Source of the DNA: Gammaproteobacteria bacterium
GTDB taxonomy: Bacteria > Pseudomonadota > Gammaproteobacteria > JAKBBU01
Assembly (NCBI GenBank): GCA_021773195.1
Contig: JAJFKN010000055.1
Span: forward strand, 65,194-129,193
DNA: 64,000 nucleotides
Direction of reading: 5' to 3'
This document shows positions 29,489 through 39,303 of the stretch, piece after piece (position 1 is the first letter of the stretch; each line of letters begins with the position of its first letter). The notes beneath the pieces were generated by a model. The model was not told the origin of the DNA, searched no databases, and saw only the letters and a list, made by a program, of their open reading frames with translations. Position numbers and translations under genes: made by a program.

Positions 29489-29977
29489 TTATGGCGTTCT
29501 TTCAAGGGTTTGATAGGTGAAATCAAACTCATCTTTATCGTTGGCCAGGTGGGCCTCTTCTTCCACCAACTGCCATTCTGCGCCTTCAAGGGAGGGGAAG
29601 AAGCTATCACCCGTCACTTTTGTATGAACTCGAGTGAGGTAAATCCGTTGGACCTTGGGGAGGAAGACCTGGTAAATATTGGCGCCGCCGAATACAATGG
29701 CTTCATTATCTGAAGCAACAGCTTCTAAGGCCGCTTCGGGATTATTGACCACGGTCACGCCTTCAGGCGAAAAGCTAGGGTCGCGGGTTAGGACAATATT
29801 ATGGCGGCCAGGCAAGGGACGACCAATGGAATCATAAGTCTTGCGCCCCATGATGATGGGTTTACCCATAGTAATGGCTTTGAGGCGCTTAAGGTCCGAA
29901 GGCAAACGCCATGGTAAAGTGTTATTAATACCGATGGTATTTTGTTCATCCATGGCTACGATAATGGAAAGCAACAT
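29489..29977 (-). CDS. folA: Dihydrofolate reductase
   Basis: It carries the DHFR motifs (IVAMDEQNTIGINNTLPWRLPSDLKRLKAITMGKPIIMGRKTYDSIG). Confidence 0.9.
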   Translation of the reverse strand: MLLSIIVAMDEQNTIGINNTLPWRLPSDLKRLKAITMGKPIIMGRKTYDSIGRPLPGRHNIVLTRDPSFSPEGVTVVNNPEAALEAVASDNEAIVFGGANIYQVFLPKVQRIYLTRVHTKVTGDSFFPSLEGAEWQLVEEEAHLANDKDEFDFTYQTLERTP

Positions 29978-29995
29978 AAGTAGAGACTCCGTATT

Positions 29996-31057
29996 ATGAA
30001 AGGCGATTATAACAGAATTCTTATCTTAGATTGCTTGCCTCGGCTTTCAATGGGGAAATCTCTGGCCGATGCTTTGGTGAATCAGGGTGCTGATGCAATT
30101 TGGGTTAATGCCTATCAATTTCCGAAAAAGCCATTGTTTAAAGTGACGCGCCCCTTAACAAAATTGAAAAAATCCTGGATGGAAAATATCCGGCGTTATT
30201 CAGTGCCGAAATTTAAAGAAAAGGCCGTTATAAACCGCATTAAAGAAATTAGACCAGATTATATCTTGGTGGTGGGTTATAGTTACAAGATTATAACGAC
30301 AGAAGCCCTTTTGGCCTGTAAAAAAGAACTGGGTTTCAAATTATTATTGTGGGATACCGATAGCGGTAATTTTATTCGACATCACGACCGCATGAATTTC
30401 TTTGTGGAATGCGAATTGAAGAAATACGATGGTATTTTGTCTTTTTCAAAGAGCATGGGGTCTTATCTGCAATCATTGTTGGATATTCCTTGTTATTTCT
30501 TTTCCTATGGCGCCCCTGTATTAAGCCCTATGCCTGAAGTTCAGAAAGATCGAGATCTTTTCTTTGCGGGCAATCGAAACATGCGCCGGTTAGTTTTGTT
30601 AGGGCAGTTGAAAAATTATGAAATGGCTATTTATGGTGAAGAGTGGGAAAAAATAAGGAAATTAATCCCCCATGACGTATTGCCAAGTTATACCATGGAG
30701 GATTGTTTTGGCGATAAACTCATAGGTGAAATCTCTAGAAGCAAAATCATATTAAACATAACCAATCAATATTTATTTTCTTTAGGGACGGGAATAAACC
30801 TGCGCATTCCTGAAGTTATGTCCATGGGCGGATTTTTATTAAGCGACCATTACGAAGAGCTTGACATGTTCTATAGCGTAGGCAAAGATCTAGAAACCTT
30901 TAAAACCATGGAAGAGTTAACCGACAAAGTAGATTTTTATTTGAAGAACGATGCCGCTCGGGAAAAGGTCGCAAAGCAAGGTCGCGAGACAGTATTAAAA
31001 TATCATACTTGGGACCATCGTGCGCGAGAGTTTTTAGACATAGTAAAAACCATCTAA
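29996..31057 (+). CDS. CgeB-like / DUF3880 glycosyltransferase-family protein
   Basis: The C-terminal region (FKTMEELTDKVDFYLKNDAAREKVAKQGRETVLKYHTWDHRAREFL) resembles the CgeB/GT1-type C-terminus. The N-terminal DUF3880-like region has GYSYK. Confidence 0.55.
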   Translation: MKGDYNRILILDCLPRLSMGKSLADALVNQGADAIWVNAYQFPKKPLFKVTRPLTKLKKSWMENIRRYSVPKFKEKAVINRIKEIRPDYILVVGYSYKIITTEALLACKKELGFKLLLWDTDSGNFIRHHDRMNFFVECELKKYDGILSFSKSMGSYLQSLLDIPCYFFSYGAPVLSPMPEVQKDRDLFFAGNRNMRRLVLLGQLKNYEMAIYGEEWEKIRKLIPHDVLPSYTMEDCFGDKLIGEISRSKIILNITNQYLFSLGTGINLRIPEVMSMGGFLLSDHYEELDMFYSVGKDLETFKTMEELTDKVDFYLKNDAAREKVAKQGRETVLKYHTWDHRAREFLDIVKTI

Positions 31058-31315
31058 TGGATGTGAGCCTCTTTATGAAAGAACTAAAAATATTGATATT
31101 TGATTTATATTCGGAAAATGCACAAACTACCATTGAAAAATACCATGGGGTTGGCATGAAAGTAGATGCCATAATGGATGTGGTAAAAAATCTTAATTAG
31201 AATTATCTCAGCCTTAGTGGGTAGGCTAATTTACATCAATATGAAGGCTTATCTACATTGCGATCCCGCTATGCTGTACTAATCTTTAGACAGGGAGTTC
31301 GGCGGGGAGGATCCC

Positions 31316-32446
31316 ATGGCACTTAGGGGTCTGTTCAAAAAATTAACATTCATTGTGGGGGGATTTTGCTTCTTCCCAGCTCTTTATGCTGAGTCTGCTC
31401 TAAATATGCCCAGAGGCGTTACCCCTGTCAGTCGTGACATCTTTGATTTGCATATGCTGATCTTTTGGGTTTGCGTGGTCATCGGGATTATTGTTTTTGC
31501 GATCATGCTGTACGCCATCATCTTCCATCGGAAATCACGCGGCTACAAAGCGGCTAAATTTCATGATCATATCACTGTTGAATTAGCTTGGGTTATTGTG
31601 CCATTTATTATTTTAGTGCTGATGGCTATCCCCGCGTCAAAAGTATTAATTAAAATGAATGACACTAATCACACGGACCAAACCGTCAAGATCACAGGTT
31701 ATCAATGGAAGTGGCGTTACGATTACCTGAAAGAGGATATTGGTTTCTTCAGTAATTTATCAACCCCACAAGCACAAATCCAAGGTAAGGAACCCAAGGG
31801 CCCTTATTATTTATTAGAAGTAGATAAACCGTTGGTTTTGCCCATTAAACAAAAAATTCGTTTATTGGTAACGTCCAATGATGTTATCCATTCTTGGTGG
31901 GTGCCGCAGTTGGGTGTTAAGCGCGATGCTGTACCTGGGTTCATTCATGAATCTTGGGTTTATATCGATGAGCCAGGTATCTATCGCGGACAATGTACCG
32001 AGCTATGTGGCATTAACCATGGCTTTATGCCGGTTGTGGTAGAAGCCCTGACTCAAGCGGATTATGATAAATGGATAACCGGCCATAAACAACAAGCACA
32101 GCAGGCGCAGCCAGATAAGACATGGACCAAAGAAGAGTTGATGACTTTAGGTGAGAAATCCTATGGCACCTATTGTGCTGTATGCCATCAAGTTAATGGT
32201 GAAGGTATGGGGGACATTTATCCTGCGTTGAAAAAATCTAAAATCGCATTAGGCCCTATAAAAAAACACATTGATTTAGTTTTACATGGTGTGCAAGGTA
32301 CCGCAATGCAAGGATTTATAGATCAATTAACCGATGATGAGTTAGCCGCAATTATTACCTTTGAACGTAATGCTTGGGGTAATGATACCGGTGATGCAGT
32401 TCAGCCGTCGGACATCAGAAAGCTACGCAAGGGGGATGAGTCATAA
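31316..32446 (+). CDS. coxB: Cytochrome c oxidase subunit II with fused C-terminal cytochrome c domain
   Basis: It has a signal peptide and two TM helices. The CuA site is CTELCGINHGFM, and the C-terminal CAVCH is a heme-c motif. Confidence 0.9.
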   Translation: MALRGLFKKLTFIVGGFCFFPALYAESALNMPRGVTPVSRDIFDLHMLIFWVCVVIGIIVFAIMLYAIIFHRKSRGYKAAKFHDHITVELAWVIVPFIILVLMAIPASKVLIKMNDTNHTDQTVKITGYQWKWRYDYLKEDIGFFSNLSTPQAQIQGKEPKGPYYLLEVDKPLVLPIKQKIRLLVTSNDVIHSWWVPQLGVKRDAVPGFIHESWVYIDEPGIYRGQCTELCGINHGFMPVVVEALTQADYDKWITGHKQQAQQAQPDKTWTKEELMTLGEKSYGTYCAVCHQVNGEGMGDIYPALKKSKIALGPIKKHIDLVLHGVQGTAMQGFIDQLTDDELAAIITFERNAWGNDTGDAVQPSDIRKLRKGDES

Positions 32447-33999
32447 TGGAATATGCTAACCCTTGGCAACGCATAATGCGTTGGGTCACCACCACAAATC
32501 ATAAAGATATTGGCACATTGTATTTAATGTTAAGCCTTGTCATGTTGTTCATTGGTGGGGGCATGGCGCTGATTATCCGCGGTGAATTGTTTATGCCGGG
32601 GCAACAATTTATCGACCCCAGTTTTTATAATCAAATGATTACCTTGCACGGTTTAATTATGGTTTTTGGGGTTATTATGCCGGCCTTTGTGGGCTTGGCT
32701 AATTGGCAAATCCCGATGATGATCGGTGCGCCAGATATGGCTTTGCCGCGCATGAATAATTGGAGCTTTTGGATTTTACCTTTTGCTTTTACCATTCTAA
32801 TTAGTACGTTATTTATGAATGGTCCAGCGCCCAATTTCGGCTGGACATTTTACGCGCCTTTATCTACTACCTATGGTCCCCCCAGCACAGATTTCTTTAT
32901 TTTCGCAGTACATTTAATGGGGTTGTCTTCCATCATGGGGGCAATTAATATTATCGCGACTATATTAAATTTGCGCGCGCCGGGTATGCGTATGATGAAA
33001 TTACCTATTTTTGTATGGTCTTGGTTAATCACAGCCTTTCTATTAATCGCCGTAATGCCTGTATTAGCCGGTGCGGTTACTATGATGTTAACAGACCGAC
33101 ATTTTGGGACCAGTTTCTTCAATGCTGCCGGAGGGGGCGATCCATTATTATTCCAGCATATCTTTTGGTTCTTTGGCCATCCTGAAGTATATATTATGAT
33201 CCTTCCAGCTTTTGGCGTAGTGTCACAAATCATTCCCACCTTTAGTCGTAAAAAATTGTTTGGCTATGGTAGTATGGTGGCAGCCATTGCAGTCATTGCG
33301 TTTCTGTCATTTTTGGTTTGGGCCCATCATATGTTCGTGTCAGGGATTTCTTTGGGTGCTGAATTATTTTTTATGTATTCCACTATGCTGATTGCTGTTC
33401 CTACAGGTGTGAAAGTATTTAATTGGGTAACCACTATGTTTAGGGGTTCCCTAAGCTTTGAAACGCCTATGTTATTTGCCGTGGGCTTTGTGGTTTTATT
33501 TACTATTGGTGGTCTTTCCGGGTTAATGTTGTCTATTGTTCCGGCTGATTTCCAATATCATGATACTTACTTTGTAGTGGCCCATTTCCATTATGTGTTA
33601 GTGCCTGGGGCATTATTTGGTATTTTAGCAGGAGTTTATTTTTGGATCCCTAAATGGACGGGTCATATGTACAACGAAGCTATGGGGAAATGGCATTTTT
33701 GGTTATCAGTCATTGGTGTTAATGTGACTTTTTTCCCCATGCATTTCTTAGGCTTGGCGGGTATGCCGCGGCGTGTTCCCGATTATGCATTGCAGTTCAC
33801 GGATTTTAATATGGTGGCCACCGTGGGGGCTGTGATATTTGGTTTTTCACAACTGTTGTTTTTGGTCAATATTATAAAAACCATTCGAGGTGGCAAACCT
33901 GCTACTGACGAAGTATGGGAAGGCGCAGAAGGTTTGGAATGGACCATTCCTTCGCCGGCACCTTATCATACCTTCCAAACGCCGCCTGAGGTCCGATAA
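32446..33999 (+). CDS. coxA: Cytochrome c oxidase subunit I
   Basis: The 517-aa 12-TM protein has the His-rich CuB/heme a3 motifs (WAHHMF, HFHYV). Confidence 0.92.
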   Translation: MEYANPWQRIMRWVTTTNHKDIGTLYLMLSLVMLFIGGGMALIIRGELFMPGQQFIDPSFYNQMITLHGLIMVFGVIMPAFVGLANWQIPMMIGAPDMALPRMNNWSFWILPFAFTILISTLFMNGPAPNFGWTFYAPLSTTYGPPSTDFFIFAVHLMGLSSIMGAINIIATILNLRAPGMRMMKLPIFVWSWLITAFLLIAVMPVLAGAVTMMLTDRHFGTSFFNAAGGGDPLLFQHIFWFFGHPEVYIMILPAFGVVSQIIPTFSRKKLFGYGSMVAAIAVIAFLSFLVWAHHMFVSGISLGAELFFMYSTMLIAVPTGVKVFNWVTTMFRGSLSFETPMLFAVGFVVLFTIGGLSGLMLSIVPADFQYHDTYFVVAHFHYVLVPGALFGILAGVYFWIPKWTGHMYNEAMGKWHFWLSVIGVNVTFFPMHFLGLAGMPRRVPDYALQFTDFNMVATVGAVIFGFSQLLFLVNIIKTIRGGKPATDEVWEGAEGLEWTIPSPAPYHTFQTPPEVR

Positions 34000-34001
34000 T
34001 T

Positions 34002-34550
34002 ATGGCGATGAATAAAACCAGACGCACCGCCATCATATTTAGCAGTATTGCTGTTTTGATGTTTGGTTTTGGTTTTGCTTTAGTTCCATTATATAACGTA
34101 TTTTGTGATGTAACTGGGTTGAATGGGAAAATTACGGGTTCATCAAGTGCCCTCATAAATAATGAGGTAGATAGAAGCCGAAATATCACCGTCCAATTCA
34201 TTGCAACAGGCAATGAGAACTTGCCCTGGGATTTTTATCCTGTGATAAAAGAAATCAAAATCCACCCAGGAGAGATGAGTCGCGTTGAATACTTTGCGCA
34301 AAATAATTCAGACAAGGATATGGTGGTTCAAGCTATCCCTAGTATAACCCCAGGCAGTGCAGCAAAATTTCTAAAAAAGACGGAATGTTTTTGCTTTACG
34401 CAGCAAGTTTTGAAAAAAGGTGCAAGTATGCGTATGCCGGTGCTGTTTTATTTGGACAATGATTTGGACCAGAACATCAACACCATTACATTGTCTTATA
34501 CGCTATTTGATTTGACGGAAAAACAGGGAGAATCCCATGATAAGCCCTGA
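34002..34550 (+). CDS. ctaG: Cytochrome c oxidase assembly protein CtaG/Cox11
   Basis: LVPLYNVFCDVTGLNGK matches the Cox11 signature. It lies between coxA and coxC. Confidence 0.85.
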   Translation: MAMNKTRRTAIIFSSIAVLMFGFGFALVPLYNVFCDVTGLNGKITGSSSALINNEVDRSRNITVQFIATGNENLPWDFYPVIKEIKIHPGEMSRVEYFAQNNSDKDMVVQAIPSITPGSAAKFLKKTECFCFTQQVLKKGASMRMPVLFYLDNDLDQNINTITLSYTLFDLTEKQGESHDKP

Positions 34551-35412
34551 TTCAAAATATTATGTGCCCCACAGCAGCTATTGGCCCATTGTCGGCTCCA
34601 TAGGTTTGTTTTTGATGGGGCTAGGTGCGGCACATTTGCTCCATGCAAAAAGTTGGGGGCCATATCTTTTTATGGCGGGTTCCATCCTGTTGGTTACCAT
34701 GATGTTTGGTTGGTTTGGCACGGTTATCAAAGAAAGTCGGCAAGGCTTGTATAGCGAACAGATGGACAGGTCATTTCGCTGGGGCATGTTTTGGTTTATC
34801 TTTTCTGAAGTGATGTTTTTTGGCGTTTTCTTTGGTGCTTTGTTTTATGCTCGAGAAATCTCTTTGCCATCGCTTGGTGGTTTAACCTCTGGCGATATGA
34901 CCCATCAAATATTATGGCCTAATTTTCAAGCCGCGTGGCCTCTTTATATAAACCCCGATCAGGAAGAATTCAAAGGCCCCATGAAAGTCATCGGCGCTAT
35001 GGGAATTCCTGCGCTCAACACATTGCTATTACTGAGCAGTGCGGTAACCGTGACTTGGGCTCATTGGTGTTTGAAGAAGAATAAGCGTGAAATGTTAGTA
35101 GTGGGCATGATGCTGACCATCGTCCTGGGTGTAACCTTTCTAGGTTTTCAGATATATGAATATATTTTAGCGCACCATCACTATGGATTAACCTTCAGTT
35201 CAGGTATTTATGGTACAACCTTTTTTATGTTAACGGGATTCCATGGCGCACATGTTTTGGTGGGCGCCATTATGTTAACGGTGATGTTGGTAAGGATTGT
35301 TAAGGGGCATTTCACCCCTGAACATCATTTTGCTTTTGAAGCCAGCGCCTGGTACTGGCATTTTGTGGATGTGGTTTGGTTGTTTTTATTTGTTTTTGTT
35401 TATTGGTTGTAA
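34537..35412 (+). CDS. coxC: Cytochrome c oxidase subunit III
   Basis: It is a 7-TM protein with the conserved C-terminal HFVDVVWLFLF. Confidence 0.9.
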   Translation: MISPDSKYYVPHSSYWPIVGSIGLFLMGLGAAHLLHAKSWGPYLFMAGSILLVTMMFGWFGTVIKESRQGLYSEQMDRSFRWGMFWFIFSEVMFFGVFFGALFYAREISLPSLGGLTSGDMTHQILWPNFQAAWPLYINPDQEEFKGPMKVIGAMGIPALNTLLLLSSAVTVTWAHWCLKKNKREMLVVGMMLTIVLGVTFLGFQIYEYILAHHHYGLTFSSGIYGTTFFMLTGFHGAHVLVGAIMLTVMLVRIVKGHFTPEHHFAFEASAWYWHFVDVVWLFLFVFVYWL

Positions 35413-35413
35413 C

Positions 35414-35617
35414 TCACATGACATTGGGTTGCACTAACCCTAAGAAGTAAGCCAGCATGAGCAGGATGAATAAAAGGAGAGAAAGACCAATACGCCAGGT
35501 GAGAGCGCGTACAGTGCGCTGGGTTTTTCCTGAATCCGTCATGAGGTAATAGAGGCCGCTGCCTAAGCTATAGAGGATGAATAGCATGAATGCTATGACT
35601 AACCATTTGAACCACAT
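35414..35617 (-). CDS. Twin-transmembrane-helix small protein (DUF2909), cox-cluster associated
   Basis: MWFKWLVIAFMLFILYSLGSGLYYLMTDSGKTQRTVRALTWRIGLSLLLF matches the DUF2909 pattern (LFSGLFFL..D.G.S.R.V..LT.RV.LS). It lies on the opposite strand from the cox genes. Confidence 0.6.
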   Translation of the reverse strand: MWFKWLVIAFMLFILYSLGSGLYYLMTDSGKTQRTVRALTWRIGLSLLLFILLMLAYFLGLVQPNVM

Positions 35618-35664
35618 GTCAAATATCCTTATCATTGAATGGAGGAAGTATAGTGGCTGATGGG

Positions 35665-36405
35665 ATGAATAATCAAGCCAGTGAATCACAATGGTTGGAT
35701 CTCCGACATGGGCGCGGGATATTCTTGTTGCTATTTACGCTGTTTTTTATTTTAGTTTTTGTGAGCCTGGGTTTCTGGCAATTATCCAGAGCCCAAGAAA
35801 AACGCATTATTTTGTCTGCCCATGACCAACAAGGGGCAATCCCCGCTTTGAGACAATTAGCAAGTCCGATAAAAAATCATCAGAGAGTGACATTGCATGG
35901 GAACTTTTTACAAACAAAACCGATTTTTCTAGACAATAAAATGCATCAGCATCGTCCGGGTTATGAAGTGTTGCGACCATTCCAATTATCAAGTAATAGC
36001 AAAATATATTTAGTTGACCAAGGGTGGATTGGTATAAAGAGCCGCAAAGCACTGCCTAGCACTAGCATCCATTTTGCCAAAACCCAAATTCAAGGGCGCA
36101 TTTGGCTGCCCGATGGTAATCCCATAGTTTTTAGAAATTCTCAAATGGAAGTAATGCCCGGTGGCATGCGAATTCAACAAGTGGATTTGCCGGCCTTATC
36201 AAAACAATTAGATTTGCCCTTGCAACCACAAGTCATTCGTTTACAATCCGGTCAAGATGATCAGTTTGTTCAGGCTTGGCCGGTCATCAATATGACCCCT
36301 GCTAAACATGTCGGTTATAGCGCTCAATGGTTTTTAATGGCTATAGCTCTATTGATTTGTTATCTGGTATTTTATATTAAGTATGTAAGGAACGCTCATG
36401 GATAG
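35665..36405 (+). CDS. SURF1-family cytochrome oxidase assembly protein
   Basis: It has an N-terminal TM (GFWQLSRAQEK) and a C-terminal TM. It is in the conserved position after coxC. Confidence 0.8.
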   Translation: MNNQASESQWLDLRHGRGIFLLLFTLFFILVFVSLGFWQLSRAQEKRIILSAHDQQGAIPALRQLASPIKNHQRVTLHGNFLQTKPIFLDNKMHQHRPGYEVLRPFQLSSNSKIYLVDQGWIGIKSRKALPSTSIHFAKTQIQGRIWLPDGNPIVFRNSQMEVMPGGMRIQQVDLPALSKQLDLPLQPQVIRLQSGQDDQFVQAWPVINMTPAKHVGYSAQWFLMAIALLICYLVFYIKYVRNAHG

Positions 36406-36928
36406 ACGTGCCAAAGGGCGATTGAAGCTTTCTTGTATCATCGCTGTATTTATTATTCCTTTAGGGTTAGCTTGGCATTTTTACGACAGTAGAATCTTGC
36501 ACGAGTCCGATAAAGTGAACCATGGCCGTTTAATCCAGCCGCCTTGGAAAATACAAGATTACACTAAGGAAGGTTGGCCTAATATTTGGAGTTTCATTTA
36601 TGTTCCAAAGGGTGATTGCCAAACACAGTGCAAGCATGCGCTAACTACGATGCGCCAAGTTCGTCTTGTTTTGGGTAAGGATCAAAATCGAGTGCGGAAT
36701 ATGGTTTTAGTAACAGGGAAACCCGAGAAAATATTATCTGATTTATTAAAGGATGAATTCAAAAATACAAAACAATTATCTATAGCGCCTAATAATCCAT
36801 TTCTTGCTGATCATATTTATGTGGTGGATCCATTAGGTAATGTGATTCTAGATTATTCGGGGAATATTCAACCGAAAGCGGTTTTGAAAGATATGCAGCG
36901 TTTATTAAAAGTCTCTCGGGTGGGGTGA
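36398..36928 (+). CDS. Hypothetical cox-cluster protein with an N-terminal TM and a CxxxC motif (thioredoxin/SCO-like?)
   Basis: It has a TM helix and a CQTQC motif. It occupies the conserved slot between SURF1 and ctaA. Confidence 0.5.
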   Translation: MDRRAKGRLKLSCIIAVFIIPLGLAWHFYDSRILHESDKVNHGRLIQPPWKIQDYTKEGWPNIWSFIYVPKGDCQTQCKHALTTMRQVRLVLGKDQNRVRNMVLVTGKPEKILSDLLKDEFKNTKQLSIAPNNPFLADHIYVVDPLGNVILDYSGNIQPKAVLKDMQRLLKVSRVG

Positions 36929-36929
36929 T

Positions 36930-37919
36930 ATGCGTAAGTTAACGTTACTAGCAACAGTATTGGCTTTTGTTGTCATTATATTGGGGGCGTATACGCGCTT
37001 AACCGATGCGGGGTTAGGTTGCCCGGATTGGCCGGGTTGTTACGGGAAAATGGTCGTGCCTACAAGTCAGGTGGCAACCATGGAAGCGGCGGCAGCTTAT
37101 CCTGATACACCCTTAGAAACTACAAAAGCTTGGACTGAGATGGTGCATCGCTACGGGGCCGGTATTTTGGGTCTATTGATTATAAGCGTTTGTTTATTAG
37201 CATGGCGACGTCGTGAATCTCTACAGTTGTCGCGGTCTATGCCAATTTTTCTAATTATGTTATTGGTCTTTCAAGCGCTGTTGGGCATGTGGACTGTCAC
37301 TTTAAAACTTATGCCCATTGTGGTGATGGCCCATTTATTGGGAGGCATGACTATTTTAGCATTGTTATGGCATCTATTTTTAAAAATCAAACCTCAAGCG
37401 GGTATTCAACCTTCTGCGTCATTGAGAAAGTTCATATTATTTGGATTTATTATATTAATAGTTCAATTAATTTTAGGTGGCTGGACCAGTGCCAATTATG
37501 CTGGATTGATTTGTCCTGATTTTCCCTTTTGTCAGGGTAAGTGGATACCTGCCATGGATTTTCATCGGGCGTTGAATATCTTTGCCTACAGCGCTTCTGC
37601 AGTACCTGGCGATCATTTGGGCGTTGCGGGGCGTGTTAGCATTCATATGATGCATCGTATAGGGGCTGTGATTACAGGCTTATATTTAGGTGGTTTAGCT
37701 CTCTATTTAATAGCAAAAGGTTCGCCTTTGGCATTAATTGGTAAAGTATTATTAATCTTATTATTACTCCAGATTGCTTTGGGTATTATTAATGTATTAT
37801 GGCTGTTACCTTTGTCCATGGCCGTGGCTCACAATGCCGTTGCCGCCTTATTAGTATTAACAATGGTAACGTTGTGGAGCCGACAAGAAAATCTGGGCCA
37901 ATCGGTAGGTCAGCGATAG
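36930..37919 (+). CDS. ctaA: Heme A synthase (COX15/CtaA)
   Basis: It is an 8-TM protein with paired His in TM helices and the conserved Cys pair (GLGCPDWPGCYG). Confidence 0.85.
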   Translation: MRKLTLLATVLAFVVIILGAYTRLTDAGLGCPDWPGCYGKMVVPTSQVATMEAAAAYPDTPLETTKAWTEMVHRYGAGILGLLIISVCLLAWRRRESLQLSRSMPIFLIMLLVFQALLGMWTVTLKLMPIVVMAHLLGGMTILALLWHLFLKIKPQAGIQPSASLRKFILFGFIILIVQLILGGWTSANYAGLICPDFPFCQGKWIPAMDFHRALNIFAYSASAVPGDHLGVAGRVSIHMMHRIGAVITGLYLGGLALYLIAKGSPLALIGKVLLILLLLQIALGIINVLWLLPLSMAVAHNAVAALLVLTMVTLWSRQENLGQSVGQR

Positions 37920-37989
37920 TTCATAACATTATTTGCAATGTAGATTATCCAACACTACAGTATAGTTAATTAGTAAAAATGGGTGTGAA

Positions 37990-38613
37990 ATGGAAGTCAG
38001 CCGCAGAGTTATACAGACGGTAATTGCCGCTATTGTTTTTGGTGTGTTAATTGGTTTAATCGTTTTTCAAGAGAGCCGTGGCAATCAATCTGTCCCTCAA
38101 TCGGTATTCTCAAAACCAAGAGCATTGCCAGCCTTTCAATTAGTGGATCAACATGGTAAGTCATTCAATAATCAATCCTTAGAAGGCCAATGGAGTTTGG
38201 TGTTTTTTGGTTTTACTCATTGTCCTGCCGTGTGTCCAAAAACCCTTGCAGATTTAAATTTAGTCCTTAAGCAAACACATAAAGATTCACGCATTGAGCA
38301 GCAACCTAAAGTTTTATTTATTACCGTGGATCCTAAGCGTGATACGCCAATACGTTTGCAACAATACCTATACGCCTTTAACCCTCATTTTCTGGGTATC
38401 AGAGGCAGCGAAGACGAAATTTCATTTTTTACAAAACAAATGGGCATTCTTGTGCAAGCTAAAAGAACAGGTGGAAAAGACTATGACATCGATCATAGTG
38501 GCACGGTTCTATTAATGGATCCCAAGGGGCAGTTAGCAGCCAGTTTTTCGCCTCCTTTCCACACCCAAACCATTATCGATGATTTAGCTTATTTGCAAAA
38601 GCATGGTGACTAG
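37990..38613 (+). CDS. SCO1/SenC copper chaperone
   Basis: It has an N-terminal TM helix, the Cu-binding CPAVCP motif and a downstream His. Confidence 0.85.
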   Translation: MEVSRRVIQTVIAAIVFGVLIGLIVFQESRGNQSVPQSVFSKPRALPAFQLVDQHGKSFNNQSLEGQWSLVFFGFTHCPAVCPKTLADLNLVLKQTHKDSRIEQQPKVLFITVDPKRDTPIRLQQYLYAFNPHFLGIRGSEDEISFFTKQMGILVQAKRTGGKDYDIDHSGTVLLMDPKGQLAASFSPPFHTQTIIDDLAYLQKHGD

Positions 38614-38649
38614 GGCTAAAATTAGCTTAAGCAAACCATCGAGATTCCT

Positions 38650-39300
38650 ATGACACAACCATTGCGCCATTATAGCCCCCTGGATCGCCTGATTATGAAC
38701 TTGGATCAAGGCGTTAGAACGGTATTTGGTTCGCCTCAGGCTTTAACTCGTAGTAATCCCACTCAAGGTATGCCCGATACGCCCCTTACGGGTAAAGAGA
38801 AACGTCACGTGGCTGGATTGATGAGAGTGGACCATGCAGGGGAGGTTTCTGCCCAGGGCTTGTATCAAGGCCAAGCTTTAACGGCCCGTTCAGCAGAAGT
38901 TCGTGAACAAATGGCTCAATCGGCTTTAGAAGAAAATGATCATCTTGCCTGGTGCGAAAAGCGCTTAAAAGAACTGGACGACCATAAAAGTTACCTTAAC
39001 CCTATTTGGTATATGGGTTCTTTTGCCCTTGGCGCTATGGCAGGTTTGGTGGGTGACAAATGGAGTTTAGGTTTTGTGGTAGAGACGGAGCGTCAAGTGG
39101 TTAAACATTTAGACGACCACATCAAAGAATTGCCACAAACCGATGAAAAGAGCCGTGTGGTCTTGGAACAAATGCGTATAGATGAAGAGCATCATGCGCA
39201 GGTCGCATGGCATGCCGGTAGTGCTGAACTGCCCACGCCAGTGAAAGTCACCATGGGCATAGTTTCAAAAGTTATGACTCACTCAGCCTATTATTTCTAA
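38650..39300 (+). CDS. coq7: Demethoxyubiquinone hydroxylase (ubiquinone biosynthesis, Coq7 family)
   Basis: MRVDHAGEVSAQGLYQGQ matches the di-iron ExxH pattern, and it has a second EEHH motif. Confidence 0.85.
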   Translation: MTQPLRHYSPLDRLIMNLDQGVRTVFGSPQALTRSNPTQGMPDTPLTGKEKRHVAGLMRVDHAGEVSAQGLYQGQALTARSAEVREQMAQSALEENDHLAWCEKRLKELDDHKSYLNPIWYMGSFALGAMAGLVGDKWSLGFVVETERQVVKHLDDHIKELPQTDEKSRVVLEQMRIDEEHHAQVAWHAGSAELPTPVKVTMGIVSKVMTHSAYYF

Positions 39301-39303
39301 TTT

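Noticed and set aside
35414-35689. Full 91-aa minus-strand ORF as the DUF2909 gene
   Set aside because: Family members are ~65 aa and start at the first TM helix. The longer version would overlap SURF1's coding start, so the start was trimmed to the internal Met (35617).
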